From positions 800,001 to 864,000 of the forward strand of contig CAWEPZ010000011.1 in assembly GCA_963811105.1 (NCBI GenBank): DNA of 64,000 nt, given 5' to 3'. The notes below the pieces were generated by a model, which made no database searches, was not told the DNA's origin, and was given only the letters and a program-made list of their open reading frames with translations. Made by a program: the position numbers and the translations under genes. The stretch is from Candidatus Bathyarchaeota archaeon (lineage in GTDB: Archaea; Thermoproteota; Bathyarchaeia; Bathyarchaeales; Bathycorpusculaceae). The stretch's first letter is position 1. Each line of letters opens with the position of its first letter. Positions 27,482-36,994 of this stretch are shown here, piece by piece.

Positions 27482-28890
27482 AAAAGATAGTTATGAAGTT
27501 CGGCGGTACTAGTGTTGCCACGGGCGCCGGGATACACCACGTGGCGAATATAGTCACTCAAAACGCCAAGAATAATTGCAGAGTTGCCGTAGTTGTTTCA
27601 GCGTTGGCGGGAGTAACTAACAGTTTAATTGAATTTGCTGACCAAGCAAAGAAAAGCGATGAAAAACATATTCAAGCATTCACCAAAAAATTACTAGATG
27701 AACACTTGGCAACAATCTCAAAGGCCATAACCAGCAAGCTGATTCAAAAAGAAGTAACTCAAATCACAGAGAAAACCATTGCTGAGCTTGAGAAGGTTCT
27801 AACGGGCATATGTTATGTTGGAGAGCTCACGCCCAAATCCAAAGATTATGTTTTATCCTTCGGCGAACGACTATCAGCACCCATCGTTTGTGGAGCCATA
27901 AAAGACCATAAGTTTGAATCACAATGTTTCACAGGCAAAGAAGCAGGCATAGTAACAGACTCAAACTTTGGTGACGCAGACCCTCTGATGAACTACACTA
28001 CTCACCTAGTTCAAGAAAGGCTTAGCCCTTTGTTTGAAAAAGGTGTAATCCCGGTTGTCACAGGCTATATCGCCGCCAACCAAGATGGCATAGTAACTAC
28101 GGTTGGGCGTGGCGGATCAGATTATACAGCAACTATCCTTGGCGTTGCACTAGGCGTTGATGAAGTCTGGATATGGACAGATGTTGACGGCATCATGACT
28201 ACCGACCCCAAAATAGTTCCTTCAGCTAAGATGTTACCACAGCTTAGTTATCAGGAAGCAGCAGAAATGGCGATTTTTGGAGCAAAAGCCATGCACCCAC
28301 GTGCATTAGAGCCTGTTATGAAAGAAAACATCCCGGTAAGGATCCGGAATGTATTCCACCCTGAAACCTCTGGCACAATAGTAACCAAAGAACCCTACGC
28401 AAAAACAGCTGAAGTAGTAAAAGCCGTCGCGATGATAAAAGACGTTGCCATGCTCAACGTTAGCGGTGCAGGAATGGTTGGGGCACCTGGTAGCTACGCT
28501 AAAGTGTTTGATGTTCTTGGCAAAAATAACATTAACGTTATGATGATATCCACCGCAGTCTCAGAAGCAAACATTTCAATGATTATCCGCCGAGGGCTAC
28601 TTGGCAGAGCGATTAGCAACCTCGAAATCGCACTCCTTGATCGAGATGGTTTAGTCAGCGAGATATCATCTGAAGATGATGTGGCCGTTATTGCTGTAAT
28701 GGGCGCGAATATGAAGGGAACTTTAGGAGTAGCGTCAAGAATATTTTCAACCGTAGCGAAAAAAGGAATAAACATACGTATGATTGCCCAAGGCTCATCA
28801 GAACTTAACATTTCATTTGTTGTCAAAGAGAAAGATGGGGCGGCAGTAGTCAAAGCGATACATGAAGAATTTAACCTAGATAAGATTTAG
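27478..28890 (+). CDS. lysC: Aspartate kinase
   Basis: VMKFGGTSV, GRGGSDYTA, WTDVDG, two ACT domains. Confidence 0.96.
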   Translation: MKKIVMKFGGTSVATGAGIHHVANIVTQNAKNNCRVAVVVSALAGVTNSLIEFADQAKKSDEKHIQAFTKKLLDEHLATISKAITSKLIQKEVTQITEKTIAELEKVLTGICYVGELTPKSKDYVLSFGERLSAPIVCGAIKDHKFESQCFTGKEAGIVTDSNFGDADPLMNYTTHLVQERLSPLFEKGVIPVVTGYIAANQDGIVTTVGRGGSDYTATILGVALGVDEVWIWTDVDGIMTTDPKIVPSAKMLPQLSYQEAAEMAIFGAKAMHPRALEPVMKENIPVRIRNVFHPETSGTIVTKEPYAKTAEVVKAVAMIKDVAMLNVSGAGMVGAPGSYAKVFDVLGKNNINVMMISTAVSEANISMIIRRGLLGRAISNLEIALLDRDGLVSEISSEDDVAVIAVMGANMKGTLGVASRIFSTVAKKGINIRMIAQGSSELNISFVVKEKDGAAVVKAIHEEFNLDKI

Positions 28891-29064
28891 GTTGTACCAT
28901 GTTTTTCGTCTAAATATCGTCACATGGGATCCGCTTTTTTGATAATACAATATGCTAGTTTTTATGCTGTTTGCTTTCAAATGCTTTCTTTACTTTCCCG
29001 AAGATTTGCCTTAGTTATTGATGATTTTCCAAAATTGGATATAGAATACCTTCGTGCACTTATT

Positions 29065-31136
29065 CTATTTTTTTAGTAGTTCTATGAGTGAGGTTGAACT
29101 ATTTGTCGGTGGGAGGCATGTTTGATCTCGACAGACGTAAGCGGTTGCTTTGCCTTCGATTTGCTGGTATCCTAAGCCAGCTTTGCTTGGACTCTTCAGC
29201 ATGATAACAGTGGTTGGCAGATAATGTTTTCTTAATGCATTCAGCATATCAGACGTGTCTTTTTCGTTTAAGTTACCAACTAAAACTACGCTGCATGATG
29301 GCCCAATTAGAAAGTCAAGCGCTGTAACAAAAAAAGTGTATGCTTCTGGGGCGCCTTCTATTTCTTGCGCAAATGTTTTAGTCATTTCTGTTGCCTTTTG
29401 ATAAAATGTGGATTCGTTAGTTAATCGGCTAAGACGCAACAGATTATATAGCGCTACTGAGTTGCCTGAGGGCGTTGCTCCGTCGTAGAGTTGCTTGATT
29501 TTAGGCAGGGATGATTCCGTGTTTTGTGATTGGTAGAAGCCTCCATTATTAATATCCCAAAACTTCTCAATCATAGTTTTGGTCAAGTCAGTGGCAGCTT
29601 GAAGATATTTGTCTTCAAATAATGCCTCATAGAGTTCAATTAGCCCGAACACAAAGAAAGCGTAGTCATCCAAAAAGCCTTCCACAGCGGCTTCGCCTTT
29701 TGCGTAGCGGTGATAGAGCACGTTACCTTGGCGCATTTGATTCAGGATGAAGTCGGCGGCTTTGGTGGCGACATCAAGATAGGTTGGTTCACCGAGAACG
29801 CTACCGGCTTTGGCCAAAGCTGCAACCATTAACCCATTCCAGTCGGTTAACACTTTATCATCTACTCTCGGGGGGACCCTTTTTTTCTAGCTTCAAAAAG
29901 AGATTGGCGTATGTTGTGAAGGCGGTCTATGCTTTCCTGGAGCGTTAAGCCTTTGTATGGTGCAAGCTCCTCGAGGGGTTCGGCGATGTAAAGTATATTT
30001 TTGCCTCGGCTGCCTGGAAAGTTGCCTTCTGGTTTTAACCCGTAGACGTGCGCCGCAAATTCCGCGTCTGCTGGAGGCAGCGTATCGAGCACTTCGTCTA
30101 TCGTCCAGAGGTAGAATTTGCCTTCTTCGCCCTCTGTATCCGCATCTTGTGCTGAGTAAAACCCTCCTTTGGATGCTGCCAAGTCGCGGATGACGTAATC
30201 TAGGGTTTCTTTGGCTGCGAGTGCATAGCGTTGGGCGCCCGTTGCCTGGTAAGTTTCCGTGTAAGCAAGTGCCATTAGGGCTTGGTCAGGGAGCATTTTT
30301 TCGAAATGGGGAACCAACCACCCCTCGTCAGTACTGTATCGATGAAAACCAAAGCCTAGTTGGTCATAGATACCGCCTAGCCGCATTTGAGTAAGAGTAT
30401 TCTCGACCATCGTTAGAGCATTCTTTTGGCTCGTTCGCATATGGTAGCGAAGGAGGTATAGTAGTTTGTGTGGTGTGGGGAATTTTGGTGCAGTGCCGAA
30501 TCCTCCGTTTTCTTCATCAAAGTCTTGTGATAATCGGTCGTATGTATCTTGAAGGATTCCCTTGCCGAGTTCTTTCCTGAGCGTTCTTTTTTCCATGTAT
30601 CCGATTCGGCTCTTGATGTCTACACCAACGGTTTCAAGCTGCAATCGTTGCCCTTTCCATAGCTGTGTAATTTGAGGAACAAGGTCCAACATTCCGATTA
30701 AGCCGGCTTTGCTATATTTTGGTATGTAGCTGGCGGCGTAAAATGGGTTAAGTTTAGAGGTTAAAAGTATGTTTAGTGGCCAACCACAGTTCCTACCCAT
30801 AGCTTGGCAAACCGCCATGTAAGAGGCGTCTAAATCGGGTCTTTCTTCGCGGTCAACCTTGATACAAACAAAGGCTTGATTTAGCAGGGCGGCGACTTCT
30901 TTGTCGCTAAAGCATTCCTCTTCCATGACGTGACACCAGTGACAACTGGAGTAGCCTATGCTTAAAAAAATTGGTTTGTCTTCAGCTTTGGCTTTATCTA
31001 GAGCTTCTTGACTCCAGGGGAACCAATCAACAGGGTTGTAAGCGTGCTGAAGAAGGTAGGGACTTTTTTGATTAATGAGCCGGTTAGGCTTCGTTTCTTG
31101 TTTTGATTGCATAAAAAAGGGACATCCTATTTGCAT
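29065..31136 (-). pseudogene. YyaL/SSP411 (thioredoxin-like DUF255 plus alpha/alpha-toroid) protein split by a -1 frameshift
   Basis: [29 protein letters not shown] and PHFEKML in the 5' ORF; DDKVLTDWNGLM in the next frame. One A is missing at the A7 run 29880-29886. Confidence 0.9.
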
Positions 31137-31235
31137 TATTAGTTTCGTATCTATTATAAATTGTTAGTTAGGCATATTGGTATCTATCTAAATTACAAAA
31201 AAATAAAAAGGGAAAGAGTTTTTTTTCGATGCTTT

Positions 31236-33842
31236 TTATCGTTTTCTAAGGATTAATGCGCCGACTATTGCGACTGCTATTATTACAGCGATTCCAGTGC
31301 CTATTATTGTCATTGTGTTATCTGGAGCTGCTTGGTTTGATGTAGATGTTTGCGTTGGTGCGGCGGTTGGTGCGTTAACAACGTTTGCTGATGTTTCTGC
31401 CCATGAACTACCATAAGAGCCATCTCCCATAAAGGTTGCAGTAATCTTATAGGTGCCTGGGATTGTTGGTGTCCATACGTAGCTAAATGTTCCACTTGCG
31501 TCACTTGTCACGGTCGTGATATGTATAGGGTTGCCGTTAGGGTCAACTGTATCTATGGATACTGGAACTCCGACGACATTGGCGGGCATTTGGTGCTGCA
31601 TGTGTAGATATGCCATCCAGTCGCCCATTGAATCTGCGGAAACGCATGGCGTTCCTGGTTGAGCTGGTGATTGGTCAAGTACTGTGCCAGAGATGATTGC
31701 GTTATGTCCAGAGGTAACTTCTGTTTGAGGTGCAGAAACTGTAATAGTAGATATTCCTTTGCCAAAGACGTAGAGATATCCATCGTAGTAATCGCCTGCT
31801 GTTAGGTATCCGTCAGATACAATGCCTGGACCCATGGGACCAGTTATGTTCCATATGCCAACGCCGGTTGTAGCGTTGATGCAGTACAGTTTCCAGCCTC
31901 TAGCAAGTGGCGCAGTAGGTGAGTGTTCCTGAGTGTATGAGTAGATTTTTCCGTCCGCAACTATGCCATCGCTAAACCAAGAGTATACTTCACCATTGAG
32001 ATTGCCAGTTCCATTCGTATAAGGAGTTTCAAACGGTAAGGCGGGAGCTTGGAATAACCAGGCTAGTTTTCCGTTAGTCCAGTTGTAGGCTGCAACACCG
32101 TCGTATTGATTTGCAAAGAGAAGGCCGTAAGCTGATTGTTCAGAGTAATCTCCAAAGGTTCCCCAAGGATTAGATGAGAGTTCGCTTTGCCATAATTGTC
32201 TTCCAGTAGCCAAATCCCAACAATAATAGTGAGCATCATCGAAACGAATAGCGACTTTGCCGTGGTCTGCGACTGTGCATGAACCGCTGAAAAGTGGGAA
32301 ATCTATTCCGGCTGAAATGTTCCAAAGCAATTGTCCTGATGTAAGGCTGGCAGCCATTATTCGATTGTTTGTGGCTACTCCGGTGGCAGGGCTAACTGTG
32401 CTAGTTGTCGTAACTGCAATACCTGATTCGAAATCAGCAGTGCCTATTGAAGAGAATGGAAAAGATATGTTACTGATCAGACAAGAGGAGACGAAATTGG
32501 TGCTACTAATGCCTTGCAACGTCCAGTTGAGCAAACGGTACTGCGTGTTCGCGCCAGATCCTAAAGTCTGTATGCTTAGAACGTAAGGATCAGCGTAGAG
32601 TGTCCCTGAAGTAACTGGAATAGTCGCGTTTGAGGTGACAGCTCCGGTCATTGGATTGTACTTTACTACTAAGCCTGTGCCTGAAACGCTACTTGAGCCT
32701 ATGTATGCGAGGTTCACTATTGTTCGGTCTGTTCTTCCTAGTCCACCTGGAACTGGAGGTGCATTTTCAGCAAAACTAATGTGAGTTGGTACTTGAGTGA
32801 TGCCTGTAAGATCCCAGTATATTTGTCCCGTCTGAATATCGTAGCATTCCCAAACGGTCTGTGTCACTCCATTGAAGGGTTTAGTAACTGTTTGATAGGC
32901 TCTTCCTTCAAAGACAATGCTTGGATTCCCGTCGTTGCCTGGACCTGAAGTGCCGAAAGTAACAATGTTTCCGCTGGGATCGACATCAGGTGCTTGAGCA
33001 GTTGTGTATGCTCCGTCAACTAAACCGCCGTAAATACCGTCTAATGAGCCCTGTCGTCTCCATACGATGTGTGCAGTGTTTGGTCCGATTGTATAGGGTG
33101 TGAATTTGTAGTTGCTGTGGTACGTGTTAGTATTATCTGGCCAGCCTGGAGTTCCTTGGCCGCCTCCTACTTCTTCATAAGGACTGTTTGAACCAATTAC
33201 CCACCATTCTCTGTTTTCTGGTGAAATGGGTCTACTCCAGTAATCGGTTGGAAGTGGAGACTCTGGCCAACTTTTTACTTGATCCTGTTGCACGACTAAG
33301 GTATATTTGATTGTATTCGAAGGTGCATAATAGACAGTTTGGGTTGCGTTATAACCTCCGGTTGTTGCTGTGTTGTTGATTATTCCATTCACGTAGTATC
33401 CCTTTGGATAATAGTCGCCTGCGAAGAAGAATTGAAAGATATAGTTACCTACCTGTCCTGGAACATACGAAAACCATGCAGTTGTGTCTCCTTGATAGGA
33501 AACCATTGGACCGACGGTTTCTGAAGTTCCATCTGGCTTTGTGATTACTACTGTGTATCCTGTGTGTGCACGGTTAACTACAGTGGCAGGTTGAACCCAT
33601 ATGTTAACAAGCAATTCTTGACCGAGGCCTATGGGGTTTGGCGCGAAGCTAAGGTAAGGTATAGTCGTTATTGTCGAGTCTGCAGTAACACCAGCTGGTA
33701 ATGGTCCTCCTGTGACAGGGGTATTAGGCGAGCCACCGTGAACGCCTTCGTCTTGAGCATTAACTTTCATCATTGTCGCAGTTGAGATCATTAGTATAGC
33801 CATTATGATAATAGCTAAAGTTTTCTTTTTCATTAAAATCAT
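31236..33842 (-). CDS. Large secreted Ig/beta-propeller surface protein, paralog 6
   Basis: 868 aa. Signal peptide, family blocks, TM plus RKR, T-tract terminator at ~31197-31215. Confidence 0.95.
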   Translation of the reverse strand: MILMKKKTLAIIIMAILMISTATMMKVNAQDEGVHGGSPNTPVTGGPLPAGVTADSTITTIPYLSFAPNPIGLGQELLVNIWVQPATVVNRAHTGYTVVITKPDGTSETVGPMVSYQGDTTAWFSYVPGQVGNYIFQFFFAGDYYPKGYYVNGIINNTATTGGYNATQTVYYAPSNTIKYTLVVQQDQVKSWPESPLPTDYWSRPISPENREWWVIGSNSPYEEVGGGQGTPGWPDNTNTYHSNYKFTPYTIGPNTAHIVWRRQGSLDGIYGGLVDGAYTTAQAPDVDPSGNIVTFGTSGPGNDGNPSIVFEGRAYQTVTKPFNGVTQTVWECYDIQTGQIYWDLTGITQVPTHISFAENAPPVPGGLGRTDRTIVNLAYIGSSSVSGTGLVVKYNPMTGAVTSNATIPVTSGTLYADPYVLSIQTLGSGANTQYRLLNWTLQGISSTNFVSSCLISNISFPFSSIGTADFESGIAVTTTSTVSPATGVATNNRIMAASLTSGQLLWNISAGIDFPLFSGSCTVADHGKVAIRFDDAHYYCWDLATGRQLWQSELSSNPWGTFGDYSEQSAYGLLFANQYDGVAAYNWTNGKLAWLFQAPALPFETPYTNGTGNLNGEVYSWFSDGIVADGKIYSYTQEHSPTAPLARGWKLYCINATTGVGIWNITGPMGPGIVSDGYLTAGDYYDGYLYVFGKGISTITVSAPQTEVTSGHNAIISGTVLDQSPAQPGTPCVSADSMGDWMAYLHMQHQMPANVVGVPVSIDTVDPNGNPIHITTVTSDASGTFSYVWTPTIPGTYKITATFMGDGSYGSSWAETSANVVNAPTAAPTQTSTSNQAAPDNTMTIIGTGIAVIIAVAIVGALILRKR

Positions 33843-33876
33843 TCTTCTTTTTTACTTAAATTTTAAGAAAAAGCAA

Positions 33877-33898
33877 GGGTTCCTTTTACCCAAGGAAC
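33877..33898. promoter_or_regulatory. Overlapping inverted repeats in the leader of paralog 6
   Basis: GTTCCTT (33879-85) / AAGGAAC (33892-98) overlaps GGGT/ACCC. TATA-like TTTATAAA at ~33936-33943. Confidence 0.4.
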
Positions 33899-34091
33899 AA
33901 TGCAATTTCTAGAGTTCATGAAACAGCCTTTTGATTTATAAACATATCTGGAAATCAAGTTTACAGTTGTAAAATATTTTCGATGGACTTGTGACGTTTT
34001 TCTAACAAGGGATTTTTTTGGTTAGTTCTAGCAATTCAAATAAATGGTTGCTTAGGTTTCATATTCTGGTTGTATTTTTGGTATGGATTTT

Positions 34092-35447
34092 TTAGGTGCT
34101 GCGGAAGTTTTCGAATTGTATTTTATAATTGCTTCGTTTCCAAATGAAGTCATATGAATTGTGTTGTGGATCAAGTCTATCGATTGTTTCTTTGAAGTCA
34201 TCAGGCACTATTAAGATGAGGCAAAAGTAGTCGCCGTAATGTTTCCGGAATGCTGAAAGTTTGTTTAGGAATTCGTTAAGGTTGTTTTTAATCCCGTGTG
34301 GTTCAAGCAGAACTTTTCTGCCGTTGTTTGTTAGTTGGGGAAGGAGAAAGTCCGGTTTGTATGTTAAAGAAACATTCGAGTTTTCCTGTGACAAGTAGAA
34401 TTCCATAAACTCGTAGTAGAAAATTACTTGTCTAGTTTTCAAAAAGTCGTAGACGTCTCTTTCCATATTACTAAACGCTCCAGGTTCAATGCGTTCACCA
34501 ACCCTGTTGTAATGATAAACCACAGTTAAGTAACGCGTAAGCGGCTGAAGCAATTCCTCATGTTTTTGAATGAAAAAGCGTAGCGACCGACCAAGAGAAA
34601 TCGGTGTTAGATCAGAGTATTCAAGCCATGTTCCCAAAATAAAGAAGGGAAAATCGATTTTGGCTGGGTCATCAGGGAAAAGAGAGAGCGCAAATTGGGT
34701 TAACTTGTCTGCGTCAGCGTCGAATGCAGCTGTGTTTTCCCACCAGCTGTCGGGTTTGTTTTTGCTGTTTAATTTGAAGGGTAAGTTGTCATTATCGCTT
34801 AAACCTAAAGCAACATAGACTCTAAGTTTAGCCGCGGTAAGCGACACCATTAGGTCTTTTGGGTCAAATTGGAAGAGGCCAAGATCAGGTGGGCCTCGAA
34901 CCATCCAACGCAGATACAACCAAGACTTTGATTTATGCTGTTTATTCATCCTTTTTACGTTATAAGAAAGTTCTTCAACGAAGTCTTTGGGTTTTCTGCC
35001 CTTCTGGCTTAATTTTGTGGTGTATTCAATTAGGTCGCCATGAGCTTTTCTTTCCACAAATTGGTTAACTGAGCACAATACCTCGGGAATCTCAGCTTTT
35101 GCTTCGCCTAAATGATCCAGATTTTGTATTTTTTGTTCAAATCTTTCGACTTCGCGCTTGAATTCCAAAGGGTTCCTTATCGTATAAAGTTTATTGCCAA
35201 ATGCTTCAGAAAGATGGTTGAGTAGTAGTCGGATGTTTCTCGGGTTTCCAGTTACCTGATAGTCGCTAAGTGAGGCTGCGAGCAAAAAGTAGTGTGCCGC
35301 TTCCTGTTTAGCTGGGTAACTGTTTAAATGCATAAATGATGGTTTGGGAGTTAGGTGCAAATCAAGCTCTAAATCAGTGACGGCGCTATAAGCTTGAACG
35401 AAACTTACAACTAAGTCCTTTAAATCGTTTGGTATCAGATCAGTCAT
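34092..35447 (-). CDS. DUF2400/TIGR02757-like helical domain fused to a C-terminal PD-(D/E)XK-type nuclease domain
   Basis: WLYLRWMVRGPPDLGLFQFDPKDL...RV..ALGL...PDDPAKIDFPFFILG matches the DUF2400 pattern. The C-terminus S.MERDVYDFL...YE...YKPDFLL...VLLEPHG is nuclease-like. Confidence 0.7.
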   Translation of the reverse strand: MTDLIPNDLKDLVVSFVQAYSAVTDLELDLHLTPKPSFMHLNSYPAKQEAAHYFLLAASLSDYQVTGNPRNIRLLLNHLSEAFGNKLYTIRNPLEFKREVERFEQKIQNLDHLGEAKAEIPEVLCSVNQFVERKAHGDLIEYTTKLSQKGRKPKDFVEELSYNVKRMNKQHKSKSWLYLRWMVRGPPDLGLFQFDPKDLMVSLTAAKLRVYVALGLSDNDNLPFKLNSKNKPDSWWENTAAFDADADKLTQFALSLFPDDPAKIDFPFFILGTWLEYSDLTPISLGRSLRFFIQKHEELLQPLTRYLTVVYHYNRVGERIEPGAFSNMERDVYDFLKTRQVIFYYEFMEFYLSQENSNVSLTYKPDFLLPQLTNNGRKVLLEPHGIKNNLNEFLNKLSAFRKHYGDYFCLILIVPDDFKETIDRLDPQHNSYDFIWKRSNYKIQFENFRST

Positions 35448-35678
35448 GCTTTCTCAATTGGTTTTCTATGCTTAATTGTTTTTGTACCGTGGCGTTTGTA
35501 TTACGTTCTTTTGGCACTTATTTTGGTATTTTAGGCTGTTTTTGGAAAACTTTGGATTTTTTTGTTTGTCATACTGTAGGATTTTTATTTTGCGGGCGAT
35601 TAATCTAATAGAGGCTAATTCGGGATCACTTCAACTAATGAAAGTGAACCGAAGAAAAATTAAAACAGGAATTTTATC

Positions 35679-35744
35679 TTATTTTCCTGTTTTTGCTTCG
35701 TGCTTTGCTTTTTTCGCAGCATTCTTCTTTTTTAGAGATGGCAT
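35679..35744 (-). CDS. Possible 21-aa Lys/Ala-rich basic micropeptide
   Basis: MPSLKKKNAAKKAKHEAKTGK*, in an intergenic gap and co-oriented with its neighbours. Confidence 0.3.
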   Translation of the reverse strand: MPSLKKKNAAKKAKHEAKTGK

Positions 35745-35804
35745 GATGCTGTATTGTGCGGAGGATGCTAAAAAGACTTTTCACCTGTTTGCATTATATT
35801 GACG

Positions 35805-36395
35805 CTAATCAACTTTGCCGTTTGTTAGGCCTGTTTGATTTAAGAGTTGACTGCTTTGGTTTAGATGCCTCTTTAGTATTTCTTCTCGCCATTTTCTTTC
35901 CCAGCTTGCCCAACCGGTCTTAACTAGACTTTCTCTCAAGTGAGGATTCTGTGCGACCCAGTCTAGAAAATTCCAGAAGCGCCTCTTGTTTTGGAGCAGT
36001 TCTTTCGGAACCCCTTTTTCAACACACCACCGGACATAACCATCTTCAACCATCTTTCGAAGCTCGCCTGTGGATTCGACTTTTTGAACTTTGAATCCTT
36101 GCTTTTGCAGGTGCTCGATTACAGTGGATAAAACATATTCTGAACAAACCTTAAAACAGGTTTCACTATCCGGCTGCATGACTGCGACGATTTCATCTGC
36201 AATCTTTACGGCGTCACCGAGGTACTTCTTGTTTTTGAAGTGGGGCGGCTGAAACGAAGAAATAGGAATTCGTCGTTCCATTACCATGCGTTCAGGTGGT
36301 TTGAGGGCGCCAACCACCACACCTAGCAAGAGGTCGCTCCATCCTGAGGCATCTATTAGAATCGTTTTTCCGGGAAGAAAACAGTCTAGCGCCAA
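35805..36395 (-). CDS. Conserved hypothetical protein with an RNase H-like N-terminal strand pattern
   Basis: ILIDASGWSDLLLGVVVG resembles the IDEAG.G...GP.VV start of RNase HII-like folds, with a degenerate acidic motif. Confidence 0.5.
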   Translation of the reverse strand: MALDCFLPGKTILIDASGWSDLLLGVVVGALKPPERMVMERRIPISSFQPPHFKNKKYLGDAVKIADEIVAVMQPDSETCFKVCSEYVLSTVIEHLQKQGFKVQKVESTGELRKMVEDGYVRWCVEKGVPKELLQNKRRFWNFLDWVAQNPHLRESLVKTGWASWERKWREEILKRHLNQSSQLLNQTGLTNGKVD

Positions 36396-36605
36396 GCTTA
36401 TCCGCCATTCAATGCATTTTCAGGATGTTTCTATGAGTTCAACTAAATTTTAATCCTTCTGGTGTTCTTTTACCATAACGATGGCTTACAGCCAATATTT
36501 TGCAGCTAGGGTTGAAATGTTTTCTTAAAAGACAATGTCCGGTTAATATCCCTCGTTTAGATTAAGCAGTATATTTTTTAGATTGTTTAAGTTAATTCTT
36601 TTAAG

Positions 36606-36908
36606 GTGTTTATTGTGGGTCAGAAGTATTTGGCTATGATTAAGATAAGTCCCAGTATGGCGGCAAAACTGTATGAGCCATTGATGGAATTTAGCGAAAA
36701 ACCAATTAAAGGAGTGACACTTGAGGAGGCTTATCAAGTATTCGGCCAATGGGATTTTGCTATACTGTTTCGGGCGGATACAAATGAAGATGCGTTGCAT
36801 TTCGTTGGAGACAAAATTCGCTTAGTAGAAGGAGTTATGGAGACTTTTACTATGCCGCTGTCACCTGTAAAGGATTATCGCAAAATGAATAGCAAAAATT
36901 CGACTTGA
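36606..36908 (+). CDS. Stand-alone Lrp/AsnC ligand-binding (RAM/GYD-like) domain protein
   Basis: AYQVFGQWDFAILF...KIRLVEGVMETFT; no HTH. Confidence 0.75.
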   Translation: MFIVGQKYLAMIKISPSMAAKLYEPLMEFSEKPIKGVTLEEAYQVFGQWDFAILFRADTNEDALHFVGDKIRLVEGVMETFTMPLSPVKDYRKMNSKNST

Positions 36909-36994
36909 GTTGTTGCTTTGTTGTTTTGTTAGACTATTAATGTGTTACTTCTATAGTGTGGAACAATTGGCTCTAATTGTGAAAAACTAATAAA

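Noticed and set aside
17399-28853. Short ORFs overlapping the arg/car/thr genes (and similar ones inside the large paralogs)
   Set aside because: Antisense or alternate-frame shadows of well-supported genes, with no motifs of their own.
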